Shown here piece by piece: positions 50,714 through 62,980 of a stretch of 64,000 bases of DNA (position 1 is the first letter of the stretch; the number at the start of each line of letters is the position of its first letter). The translations under genes and the position numbers were made by a program. The notes beneath the pieces are model-generated. The model saw nothing but the letters and a program-made list of their open reading frames with translations. It ran no database searches and had not been told where the DNA came from. The DNA comes from Octopus sinensis (taxonomy: Eukaryota). The DNA is taken from contig NC_043000.1 in NCBI RefSeq assembly GCF_006345805.1, positions 32,116,001 through 32,180,000 on the forward strand. The letters run 5' to 3'.

Positions 50714-53700
50714 CTATGTAAGCAAATGACTGTGATTGATAAAATGGCCACAATTGGATGAAAAAAGCCCCAAATGATCTTTAGAAGTGGATGCTATGCG
50801 CTTTGAAGTAGATTCCTAGAATAGGGTGGTTTGGGGTTCATAAAGCTAAGACACTTATTTCTAACACCACCCAGATTACGATGTAGTAAGATTCAGATAC
50901 AAGGTGATACACTGAATATTTCATATTTCTATAAATTAAATCACTGGTCTTTGGAGAAATTCTAAGCATTTGATTGGTTCGTGTGTTGAGCGGAACTGAC
51001 TAAAGTTCATTCCCTCTCTTTCTATTCTACAACAACAACTAAATCTTATCTTATATACATGATGTGACAATTCAGCGCCAACAATTAAGGCACACAGACA
51101 ATTCAGCATAGGGCATCTTATTGAACTTAGGTAAAGGTTATTTTGGGGATATGAAAAAAAAAAAGAGGAAATATTTCAATTATTTATTTAAAACCATGTA
51201 AAGCTAAAAACTTCAAAAAGAATTAAAAATGCTAAATTATATTCTTATAGATGTATATAAAAGATAATTATTTATGTAAAAACATGGGTGTGTGTATATA
51301 TGTTTATGTTCATTTGTTGATGTTTGTTTTATGTATGTGTATGTGTTTTGTTTTGCTGGGTTTGTAGGTTTTACATGCACTGAATAGTCAGGCACTCCCA
51401 TATATATATTAGCAACAGAGGTAATATAAGTACCAAAAGGTAATATTTATTCCTACTATCATCAGTGGTAGCATTTAATGGCCATCTACGATGCTGCCAG
51501 TGAAACAGGATCAAATGAGTTAGAGGACTGTACTAGCTTCCATTGCCTGCTTTGGTATGCTTTTTATGGATGGACAGACGGAAGATTTTCCGAATGTCAA
51601 CCACTTCAGAGGGTGTAGTGGGGGCTTTTTATATGGCATCAGCACTAGTGAGGTCCCCAAGTAACTTTCAAGACAAAACTCCAAGACAGAGTGGGGGATG
51701 GGGGTATTGAGTGGAGGGTGGGGCTTTTATTCAAGTGTCAAGAGGTGGGACAGGAGCAGGTGTCCTGCTACAGAAGTGACACCTGGGTACCCCAGCAGGA
51801 AAGAGAGAAAAGATGGTGACGATGAGATATATCAGGGCTCTCTTTCAAGGTACCAAAGGGTCGATATAAGAGAAAATAGGGACAGAGAATTGAGTGTGTA
51901 GGTCTTTTAGAAAGTATAAAACGAGGAGGAAAGATGGGTTGAGAGAGGGGAGATGGGAATGCTGTGAATGGTGAATAAATGAAGAAGCATGGACAATGGT
52001 GAATCTCAGTTCCATTTTTTGGAAAAAATTTGAAATCTCCAGCTAGATGTATGATATTAGTGTGTGTGTGAGTGTGAGTGTGTGTGTGAGTATGAGTGTG
52101 AGTGTGTGTGTGCGTGCGTGCATAGGTGTGAGTATGTGTGTGAGTGTGTTGCAGTGGAAATGGTAGATCCCTGCCACAGGACAAGTGGTATGAGGCAGCC
52201 ACCATAAAGTGAGACAACGTCAACCAGTACGCGGAGTCGTGTGTCAGTCATTGTATGAGTTCTCAGTCGGAGTTAAGTGTCAGTTAAGTGTTATAGTCGA
52301 GTTTGAGTCACAGTCAAGGTAGACGGTTCAAATTCATTGTCTTGCAGAGCTGTCAGCGAAAGCACAATAGACAAAGCGATATATTACCATTCCGGTATAG
52401 AAGAGATACACTGTGTCTGATACCAAAGAAAATATCTTGGCTACTGGAGTAGATACGACAGCTACAGTCACAAAAGTGGCCACACCTTACAGATGTGGAA
52501 AACACCACAACATAATAGAGGGACAGAATGTAACTGAGCTGAGAGAAGTGAGTATGAGAGGAATGGGATAGGAAACAAGAAAAGAGACTGAGTTGGTGAA
52601 ATGCCTGGAAAATGAGCCACCTCGTTTAACCTTACCAAGTGGTCTTTAGTCCACTCTGTTGCAACTGGGCTGCCTACTTGTTTTAGGGCCTTGAAATGTA
52701 AAGGGTCAAGGGTGCTGGTCTTGTTATCACTGACTAAATGGTAAAAAGAGAAAGAAAGTAATCCCAGTGGAAAAGACCTGCAGAAGTGGAAGCCCCGGGG
52801 AGACATTGAACATATGGTGAAAGCTGATCACAAGAGGCTGAACTTTCTGAAGGAGATGATGATGATGGCTTAGAACAAGAGAGAGGCACTGGAGAAGAGA
52901 AGACTGATTCACAGAAACACTGAATAATAAATGGTGTTTGTGATGATGGTGATGATGATGGTGATGCCAGCAATGACTCTCTCATAGGATTTTAATTGTT
53001 AAAAGAACAAAGAATTAAATAGATGTTCACTGAAAGTTTGGCATATAAACCTATGTTTGCTTCTATTAAACAGTCTTTCAAGAACACAGATGTACATTTA
53101 ATTGGCATCATTTTAACACTGAATTGGTTTTTTTTTGGTTTTTTATGTTGTTATATGCCAAACATGTCTGCAACACAACAGATACCATTCCTCCCTTCTT
53201 CTCCAAAATACAACTAATATCTTGTCTGTCAGAACCAATATTCTCAGGTTAAATCTTGCCATTTCTGCACCAAGTCTTCCTTAACCTGATAACACCACTG
53301 TCTACTTTCAAACCCACCAAATATTTCCACCATTTCACAGCAGCCACTCTCCATTGACCCTACACGTCCATACTAACTCCACTGACCTTCACTCTGACAT
53401 ACATTTGGCTAATGTTTCTAATGCTCACTTGCTATTTCCAGCACACAGTTGCACTGTTATTCAAATCTATGTTTGCCCACATTACAATTGACATCTATCT
53501 TTCTTTTTTCTTTCCATTTAATTTTCATCAATTCTCAATCACAAAATGCAATTAATTATATTCTACTCCCTTCTTCTAGTTCTCCTCCCTTCTGCTTAAA
53601 TGTCGTTATTGCAACAGCCATGGCACACTTAACACATTAGCAGGCAAGAGTCAATGTTAAAGACATCAACTTCCATCGAGATAGAATATCTGCTGCCAAC

Positions 53701-53868
53701 CGATTTAATAGGATCCCTGGTGAACTGAAGTGATTTGGTGGATGGCTGAAGAATACAGGAAGGGGAAACGCTCTGGGGAAATGGTAACAGAACTGGCAGA
53801 AGATTAAAAGCTAAACCAAATCAAGGGAGAGGATTTGTTATACAGATTACAGATGCAGATATGGTTGT

Positions 53869-54113
53869 CATCATCATCATCATTGTTTAATGTCCGTTTT
53901 CCATGCTAGCATGGGTTGGACAGTTCGATCGGGGTCTGGGAAGCCAGGAGGCTGCACCAGGCTCCAGTCTGATCTGGCAGTGTTTCTACAGCTGGATGCC
54001 CTTCCTAATGCCAACCACTCCGTGAGTGTAGTGGGTGCTTTTTACGTGCCACCGGCACAGGTGCCAGGGGAGGCTGGCAACGGCCATGATTGGTTGGTGC
54101 TTTTTACGTGCCA
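53869..54113 (-). mobile_element. RTE 3' tail copy
   Basis: Matches the tail of 58550-61451. Confidence 0.9.
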
Positions 54114-54134
54114 CAACAAATTTCTTTCTCAAAA

Positions 54135-54407
54135 CACATGGTTCTGAGTTCAGTCCCACTGTGTGGCACCTTGGGCAAGTGTCTTCTTCTATCACTCCCA
54201 ACCAACCAAAGCCTTATTAGTGAATCTGGTAGACAGAAACTGAAAGAAGCCCATCATATGTTTCTGTCTACCAAATCCACTCACAAGGATTTAGTTAGCT
54301 CAAGGCTAGAGTAACAGAAGATACCAAGGTGCTAAGCAGTGGAACTGAACCCAAGACCATGGGGTTGGGAAGCCACACTTCACCACCACATAGCTATGTC
54401 TGCACCT
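54135..54407. mobile_element. Two family-A SINE heads joined in inverted orientation
   Basis: ggtagacagaaac (54228-54240) / gtttctgtctacc (54260-54272) at the centre; heads run outward. Confidence 0.75.
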
Positions 54408-55218
54408 ACCTATCAAACATATACAGCAATGCCATCTACATAAGTGTGGGGGGGTCGACATTTTCAATAAATGGGGCAATGAAAATAATAACTTAAATAC
54501 AACGAAATATTCAGAGAGAGAAAAAATGTTTAATGATTTTTGTTTTATTTCATTAGGTTGTTAGATCGCAGAGCTGCAGTGATCCAGGGGCATGGAACAT
54601 GGCATTGTTTCAATAAGAATGGACATTGTCCTTGAACTTTGTAGGTCAAGTGTATCAGAGACCCATCCAAGCCAGCCTGACTAGAATAACGGACATTAAA
54701 TAGATGATGGTGATAATATTGATCAAGATTATAGGTGGTGGTGGTGATGGTGATGATCATAATTTTCATTGTGAAGCTAATGGTGGTGGTGTGGTGATTA
54801 TATATACCTCATTATCATGATGATGATTGGAATAGATGAATGTTAATAGTCTCTAGACAGTTGTAGATTAAGAACAGAAAGAAGAATTAGTCCTTAGATT
54901 CATGAATAGCAATAAAGAAAAGAGAAAGAAAGCAATTGGCAACAAATTTCAGATTAATGATTGAAGAATAGTTTTTTTTTTATGGGACTATTTCAGTTAG
55001 TGGCAGTTTGTGGATCAAGTTTAGGTTAAAGTCTTGAATCAATTATTCAATATGATGTTTCAACAACAACTCTTCAACTCCACATAACAACCAGCCCAGC
55101 CAGGAACATCCATTCATAATGGTTCAACATGATTACTGTATTAGTCAAAGCATCCCTCAATAATTTCTCTAATGTCACTAATACATCTTCGTAATTACTA
55201 CTACCATCACAACTACCA

Positions 55219-55448
55219 ATTTCTTTACTACCCACAAGGGGCTAAACACAGAGGAGACAAACAAAGACAGACACACGGATTAAGTCGATTACATCGACCC
55301 CAGTGCGTAACTGGTACTTATTTAATTGACCCCGAAAGGATGAAAGGCAAAGTCGACCTCGGTGAAATTTGAACTCAGAACGTAGCGGCAGACGAAACAC
55401 CGCTAAGCATTTCGCCCGGCATGCTAACGTCTCTGCCAGCTCGCCGCC
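55219..55448 (-). mobile_element. Full-length family-B SINE with 13-15-bp TSD
   Basis: (cc)atcacaactacca at 55204-55218 and 55447-55461. Confidence 0.93.
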
Positions 55449-56459
55449 ATCACAACTACCACCACCATTACCACCATTGTTTTGGCATCTATTTTACCAT
55501 GCTCGCATAAGTTCCACAAGACTTCATAGTGGTAGAATGTTTTTAGAATTGGATGCTCTTCCTGTCACCAACCCCTGCTTTCAAATAATAGAATATTTCC
55601 ACCCATCCACCAATATCAAAACAACGAAAGCCTAGATATACTTTAGCACACAATGGCAAACAAACGACACACCATTCGTATATGGGAAAATACTCAGAGC
55701 TAAAACAAAATCTCTCCCAATATGACACACCAGAGTAATACCCACAGCTGGTCTGGATTCCCCTTGCTCAGTTATGAGTTTGAGTCCAATGCATGAGGAG
55801 ATAAGGTGTCAATCAAATTCGTCATTACAATCCGGTCACTTGACACCAACCAGGTCATATCATCATCATCATCATCAATGAATGTCCATTTTCCATGCTG
55901 GCATGGGTTGGATGCTTTCATGGAAGGTGGCAATCCACAAGACTGTGCCAAACTCCAATGTCTGCAGTGAACTTCCTTTCTAACACCAACCACATTACAG
56001 AGTATGCTGAATGATTTCTACATGGCACTGGTACTAATGAGGTCACCAAGTAACTAGCAAGATCCCTCCACTGAGTGATGGGTGTCGGCTTGAGGGAGCA
56101 AGGGTATCTTTATGCCAGGTGATGAGAGATTAAATTATGAGGGATGGACAGGAGCAGGTGCTTTGCTGCAAGGGAGATATAGGGTCGCTCCAGCTGGAAA
56201 AGAAGCTCTAATAATCCCCCTTCTATTTCCCTCAAACAATACAAGCCAAGGCTGGTCCCTAGCCTCGCTCAAGTTTTCAGTCTCACTTTCTCTCAGTGAA
56301 AGAATATATTCTAAACTTTAGAAATATGCTTCAATGTATCTCATTCTCAAGAAGGCCAATCCTCTCACCCTAAAGTTCCATCACATTTTAATTCCAACAT
56401 TGAAAATGTAAATGGCACAGCACCCATTAGAGAAAAACTTGCCCCAATGATGGCTAGTA

Positions 56460-56627
56460 CAGCTTGGCACCAGTGACGTCGCAACTCATTTCTACAGCTG
56501 AGTGAACTGGAGCAACGTGAAATAAAGTGCCTTGCTCAAGAACACAACATGCAGCCCGGTCCAGGATTCGAGCTCACAACCTCACGATCATAAGCTCGAC
56601 GCTTTAACCACTGAGCCATGTGCCTTC

Positions 56628-56628
<1 letters not shown>
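56460..56628 (-). mobile_element. Family-C SINE 5' half
   Basis: Reverse complement of the head of 37000-37338. Confidence 0.85.
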
Positions 56629-56659
<31 letters not shown>

Positions 56660-56671
56660 TAATAATAATAA

Positions 56672-57227
56672 ATGCTCTGATGCAGTACCAGGCAGTGGCT
56701 CTCGTGGCTTCTGATCTTAACTGATTGGAAGTGTTATCATGTACATTGTTTTGTCTTGGTATAAAAGATGAGCTACAGCAAATATTCTGCTCAATACCAC
56801 AGATTTGCTTGTCAGTTGTTTGACCTTAACCAGTTGAGCATGTCCCTTAGTGGCTGGCGATATGTGCATCTCTGATCACAAGCAGAAGTAGTGGGGGAGC
56901 ATCATAGCCGTGTGTTGAGAGGGATTCTTTGGGGTTTGATTAATTCAACTCTGGAAACATGGGTGTTTCGTTCAACATCCTTAAACAACCCTTATTCAGG
57001 GACCTTTCAAGTGGGATGGGTTACTCGACCTGAAGAAAATTTTAACTGGGCTCCACCTGCAAGGTCATGTGCTGTTTATCTTGATATGAGATCACCATGT
57101 CGCACACATATGATTGTGATACATGTGCCTGGTGTACCCTTATCAGACGGGTAGTCATGATGGGTATGCTGGGCTTCATATATTTTACCCCAGTGTCACT
57201 TTGATGGCATGCACTGCTCTCTCACTC
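56672..57227. mobile_element. Unclassified 556-bp element between two (AAT)n arrays
   Basis: Sharp boundaries with AAT arrays on both sides, higher GC than the flanks, no recognisable ORF. Confidence 0.5.
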
Positions 57228-57262
<35 letters not shown>

Positions 57263-57537
57263 GGATAATAATGGTTTTAAATTTTGGCACAATGCCAGCA
57301 ATTTTAGGGAAGTGGAGCAAGTCTGTTATTTCAAGCTCAATGTTGCCGCTTACTTTTTTTATCCTAAAAGGATGAAAAGAAAAGCTGAGCTTGGCAGGAT
57401 TTGAATTCAAAGCATAAAGAACTAGAAGAAATGCCACCACACACACACACATACACACATTATGAAACAGTTAATAGAAAGGCAAATAAAACCATGGCAC
57501 TCCAATATCAGGACACATCTACAACACAAACATATAC

Positions 57538-57861
57538 AGGTGCAGGAGTGGCTGTGTGGTAAGTAGCTTGCTTATCAACCACATGGTTCTGGGTTCAGTC
57601 CCACTGCATGGCACCTTGGGCAAGTGTCTTCTACTATAGCCTCAGACCGACCAAAGCCTTGTGAGTGGATTTGGTAGATAGAAACTGAAAGAGGCCAATC
57701 ATAGATATATATATAGGGAGAGTTTACGAAAAAAACAAGACAAAGACAGGTGGTGTACAAAAATAACAGATAATAGTATAACGCTCAGGAATAGAAAAAG
57801 TCTTTTACGTTTCGAGCCTACGCTCTTCTACAGAAAGGGACACAGAAAAAACAAGGAGAGA

Positions 57862-57895
<34 letters not shown>

Positions 57896-58474
57896 TTAAA
57901 AACAGAACACAAAAGATATCATGGCACATGTGTGTTTCAAGCTTTATAAATAATCCGTTATTACATCAGTGTATTATTGATATAAAAGATGGTTTAAAGA
58001 TCTCTTCAGAGTTACATCACAATATAAAATGTACACGTAGTATTACCCCTTACAAAAGGTTTATCATATCTCCTTGAAAAAGTATATTTGTATAAATGTA
58101 TAAAGATTCATTAGATTTCAAAAATCTACCCATACTGTACTACAATTCAGCTCTCACCTCTGGCATATACAGGTGCTTATACTCATCAAGTATTCACTCT
58201 AAATTTACAGTATGTATGTATGTATGTATGTATGTATGTATGATGTGTGTGTGTGTGTGTTTTTGTGTGTCTGTGGTTGTCCCCTCATCATCACTTGACA
58301 ACCGATACTGGTGTGTTTACGTTCCCATAACTTAGCGGTTCGGCAAAAGTGACCGATAGAATAAGTACTAGGCTTACAAAGAATAAGTCCTGGGGTTAAT
58401 TTTTTTCATCTAAAGGCAGTACTCCAGCATGGCTGCAGTCAAATGACTGAAACAAGTAAAAGAATAAAAGAATA
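57538..58474 (+). mobile_element. Family-A SINE split by ~500 bp of PLE-like inserts in its central microsatellite
   Basis: Head 57538-57700, tail 58250-58474; inserts 57716-57862 and 57889-58206. Confidence 0.85.
57802..57837 (-). ncRNA. Minimal hammerhead-like motif with a variant core
   Basis: CUUU-CUGUAGA-A-GAGC-GUAG-GCUC-GAAAC-GUA-AAAG; stems I and II pair, stem III is the palindrome ACGU; core A6 is replaced by U. Confidence 0.55.
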
Positions 58475-58549
58475 CAAAACCATACATTATAATCTATCTG
58501 TCCATGTTGTTGTTGTTATTATTATTATTATTATAACAATTTGATGATG

Positions 58550-61451
58550 ACCATCCTCACCAGACAGCGGGATGCAGGGTCACTCTTAAATACAAAGACC
58601 CTCCCAGGTGAAGAATGTATCCCTCAGCATAGGCTAATCATTAGTGACTTTAGGCTTGAGGCCAGAAGGACTCCAAGAAACAGACCAATCCAGAAAAGAA
58701 GGATTTGGAAGCTAAAGAACCCTTCACATGGTCAGAGATTTAGGGACATCCTCATCAAGAAATTTGATGAGTGGGAGGAGGAGCTACAGACGTCGGACAT
58801 AGAAGGTAGCTGGAAATTCCTACGGGACAGCTTGCTGAGAGCCACAGACCAAGTCTGTGGATGGTGCAAAGTACCTTCCAGACCTAGAGTTACGTGGTGG
58901 TGGAATAGTGCAGTAGACAAAGCCATTAGTGCAAAGAAACAGGCCTGGAAAGCCTGGAGGGATGGGGGTAGCAGGGAACTGTACCAAGTAGCCAAAAGGG
59001 AGGCCAGGCGGCAGGTATACACAGCCAAAGATATAGCAGAAAAGAAGAAGTTTGCCAATGTCCAGCGACGTGAGGACCAAAGAACTGAGGTATTTCGGAT
59101 TGCTAGACAGTGTGTGAGAGAAAATAGTGATGTTACAGGAGAGAAATGTGTCTGCATGGATGATGGGGCACTTGCTTTTAATGTTGGTGAAAAGAAAGAG
59201 GCTTGGAGAAGCCATTATGAAAGACTGCTGAATGTGGAGAATGAATGGGAGGAGAACCTGCCAAATGTTGACCCAGTAGAGGGACCAGCTATCCAAATAG
59301 ACAGCTCCCTTGTAGTTAAGGCAATTAAGAGTATGAAACCAGGTAAAGCCCCCGGCCCATCAGGAATCACTGCTGAGATGCTTAAAACAGCTGGTTATGT
59401 GGGCTATGGCCTAGTCACCCGTATTGTAAACCAGGTAGTTCATAATGGAGTCATACCCAATGACTGGCGTAGCAGCACCATAGTCAACTGCTACAAGGGT
59501 AAGGGTGATGCTCTAGATAGAAATAACTACAGGGGTATTAAACTGTTGGATCAGGTGATGAAGGTCACAGAGAGGGTCATAACCCATCTCATTAGGGAGA
59601 GAATTTGCTTAGATGAGACGCAGTTCGGTTTTGTGCCGGGTAGAAGCACCACTGATGCTATATTCCTGGTCCGACAACTGCAGGAGAAATACCTAGCTAA
59701 AGATAAACCCCTCTACATAGCTTTTGTGGACTTGGATCCCTTATCTGGTGGTCGATGCGGAAAATGGAGATTGACGAATGGCTAATAAGGGCTGTACAGG
59801 CCCTATACAGAGAGGCTGTCAGCAAGGTTAGGATTGGCAACGAATATAGTGAAGAATTCCGGGTAGAAGTAGGTGTACACCAACGCTCAGCCCTCAGTCC
59901 CCTTTTATTCATCATAGCCCTCCAAGCAATAACAGAGGAATTCAAAACAGGTTGCCCCTGGGAGCTCCTCCATGCTGATGACCTGGTTCTCATAGCAGAA
60001 TCACTGCTGGAACTAGAAAAGAAATTTCAGGTGTGGAAACAAGGGTTAGAATCAAAGGGCCTTAGAGTAAATGTAGCAAAGACTAAAGTTATAGTAAGCA
60101 GAAAGGCGAACTCAGCACACACCCCATTGGGCAGGTAGCCCTGCTCGATCTGTAGGAAAGGTGTAGGTAGAAACTCCATAAGATCCACCCAGTGTAAGCT
60201 ATGGACGCATAAGAGGTGCAGCAACATCAAAGGGAAATTAACTGATAAGATAGCTTTCATGTGTGGCAGATGCACAGGGACAATAGACACCACAAATACT
60301 CAGAAAACAGATTCCATCACACTCCAGGGGGAGAAACTAGAAGTAGTCGATAGTTTCCGCTACCTGGGTGGCCAAGTTAGTAGTGGAGGTGGATGCTCAG
60401 AGAGTGTCACCACTAGAATACGAATAGCCTGGGCAAAGTTTAGAAAGCTCCTACCCCTACTGGCGACAAAGGGTCTCTCACTCAGAGTGAAAGGTAGATT
60501 GTATGATGCATGTGTGCGAACTGCCATGCTTCACGGTAGTGAAACATGGGCCATGACTGCAGAGGACATGTGTAGACTTGAAAGAAATGAAGCTAGCATG
60601 ATCCGCTGGATGTGTAATGTCAGTGTGCACGCACGACAGAGTGTAAGCACCCTGAGAGAAATGCTGGACATAAGAAGCATCAGATGTGGTGTGCAAGAGC
60701 GACGCTTGCGATGGTATGGTCATGTACTGCGGATGGATGAGGAGAGATGTGTGAAGAAGTGCCGCTCCCAAACAGTTGAAGGAATCAGGGGGAGAGGTAG
60801 ACCTAGGAAGACATGGGATGAGGTAGTCAAGCATGACCTCAGAGCGTTGGGCCTCACTGAGGCAATGGCGAAAGACCGAGATCTCTGGAGATGTGCTGTG
60901 ACTGCAAAGACCCAAGCTGCTTCCTGCACCAGTTCCGCATAGCCGCTGCCCATTCAAAGTACCTTGGATCCCAGAACATCCCGCTGTGCTTGAGGAGACC
61001 TGTTGAGTCAAGTACATGTACATGAACATCGAAACAAATATCAATGGAAATAGTAGTTGTGATACCTGTGCCGGTGGCACATAAAAAGCACCATCCGAAC
61101 GTGGCTGATGCCAGCGCCACCTCAACCGGCTTCTGTGCCAGTGGCACATAAAAAGCACCATCCGAACGTGGCCGATGCCAGCACCGCCTTGGCTGGCTTC
61201 CATGCCGGTGGCACATTAAAAGCACCAACCGATCGTGGCCAATGCCAGACTCCCCTGGCACCTGGCCGGTGGCACGTAAAAAGCACCCACTACACTTGTG
61301 GAGTGGTTGGCATTAGGAAGGGCATCCAGCTGTAGAAACACTGCCAGATCAGACTGGAGCCTGGTGCAGCCCCTGGCTTCCCAGACTCCGGTCGAACCAT
61401 CCAACCCATGCTAGCGCGGAAAACGGACGTTAAACGGTGATGATGATGATG
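58550..61451 (+). mobile_element. Long 5'-truncated RTE LINE (end of APE endonuclease, RT, PHD-like finger, C-terminus, 3' UTR)
   Basis: ORF pieces 58541-59785, 59755-60138 and 60259-60942; deletion frameshift near 59737, TGG>TAG at 60136, HADD instead of YADD; (GAT)n tail. Confidence 0.96.
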
Positions 61452-62017
61452 TCATTATTATTTACTAAGGCTTTACAAACAAATCAAGGATGGCAGAGAA
61501 TGATACAGTACAATATGATGTGGAGTTACATGAACATATGTAAACAATAAAATAACCAATGACCAAAAACAACTGTAACAAGAAAATTCCCCCATCATGG
61601 GGGAGACTTCCAAAGGCTGCTCCTGGAAACCCCATAAAGTCACGGTCACCCTGACACCCAGGGCAAGTGCTCTCTCCGCCACCCCACCTCCCTCCCTCAA
61701 TCTACATGCACATGTTCAGAGCAGGCTTGTTTGCTATCATTATAAAATATATATCATAACAGAAATTTAATTATAGAACACTTTGCATGTAATTACTTTT
61801 TATTTTTTCTCAAAATAATTGCTCTATGCATATTTTCTTGAAAAATATTATTCACCAATTTATTATTATTATAGTTATCATTATTATTACTGTCATTATT
61901 ATTATTATTACTACTACTACTACATCATTGTGAATATCAAACAGAATCAACACAAACACATACACACATAAATAAAACTCATTTTCAAAAATAAATGAAT
62001 AAATGGTATTTTCTTAC

Positions 62018-62082
62018 TTGGAATAAACTTCTTCATCTCTGCTATTGTCTTGGCATATCTTTCTTTCTTTTGTTCTTCAGTC
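62018..62082 (-). CDS. SNX14: Sorting nexin-14, third-last coding exon (Nexin_C region), (R)TEEQKKERYAKTIAEMKKFIP(S)
   Basis: Acceptor ttatttgtttag, donor A|gtaaga; 65 nt = 1+63+1; ends in phase 1 and joins the 26973 exon in frame (A|GT = Ser). Peptide aligns by eye to human SNX14 [22 protein letters not shown], recalled from memory. Confidence 0.85.
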
Positions 62083-62351
62083 CTAAACAAATAATACAAC
62101 AGGAACAATATCAATAATAATAACAACCCATTCTAGGAGAGGCACAAGAACTGAAATTTATGTGGAGGGGGATCGTCAATTACATCGACCCCCAGTAATT
62201 GACTGCTACTTTTTTTATCAACCCCCAAAAGAATAAAAGGTAAAGAATTTGAACCCTGAATATAAAGATGGACAAAATGCTTAGCAGCATTTTGTCCGAT
62301 GTGCTTAAAAATTTGCCAGTTCACTGCTTTTTTAATAACAACAACAACAAC

Positions 62352-62391
<40 letters not shown>

Positions 62392-62392
<1 letters not shown>

Positions 62393-62980
62393 ACCCTGAG
62401 GCTGTAACTGAAGGAGAAAATGTAACCATTCTGTGGGACTTTCCAGTACATACAGACCGAACCATCAAGGCCAATAAACCAGATATTGTTGTGAAAGACA
62501 AAAACAATAAAGTTTGCTTATTGATCGACATGAGCATCCCCTGTGATCATAATATCTCGGCGAAAGAGTTTGACAAGCTCAGAAAATATAAAGACCTACT
62601 CATTGAAATTGAGAAAATGTGGCATCTCAAGGCGGTTACAATACCAGTGATCATAGGAGCACTAGGAATGATCAAGAAGGGAACCGAAAATTATATGAGA
62701 ATGATCCCTGGCTTACCATCCCAGCAAGAAGTGCAAAAGATTGTCTTAACTGGTACATCACACGTATTGAGAAGAGCATTGTCGATGTGAGAACTGTTGC
62801 TGCTCATGTATTTTAATTTAACTTTAAAAAAAAAAAAATGAACGAACTACTGAGTTTGGTTTAATGGCCTACCATTGTATACTATGAGTTTCTTTGCCCT
62901 AGGAGTCAGGAAGACACTCGGCAAGAAATGGAAGCAAATTTGAAAGAAGAAAAAAAAAAAATTAATAATAATAATAATAA
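62392..62980 (+). mobile_element. R4/Dong-like 3' end with REL endonuclease, in (AAT)n
   Basis: ILWDFPVHTDRTIKANKPDIVVKD...LIDMSIP...KEFDKLRKYKDL; stop at 62790; AAT arrays on both sides. Confidence 0.9.

Noticed and set aside
50121-50753. 210-aa minus-strand ORF
   Set aside because: Mostly a (CT)n tract; the remainder has no recognisable domain or convincing splice sites.
61066-61290. CRISPR-like repeat-spacer pattern
   Set aside because: Eukaryotic LINE 3' UTR tandem units; the inter-repeat parts are homologous to each other and there are no cas genes.
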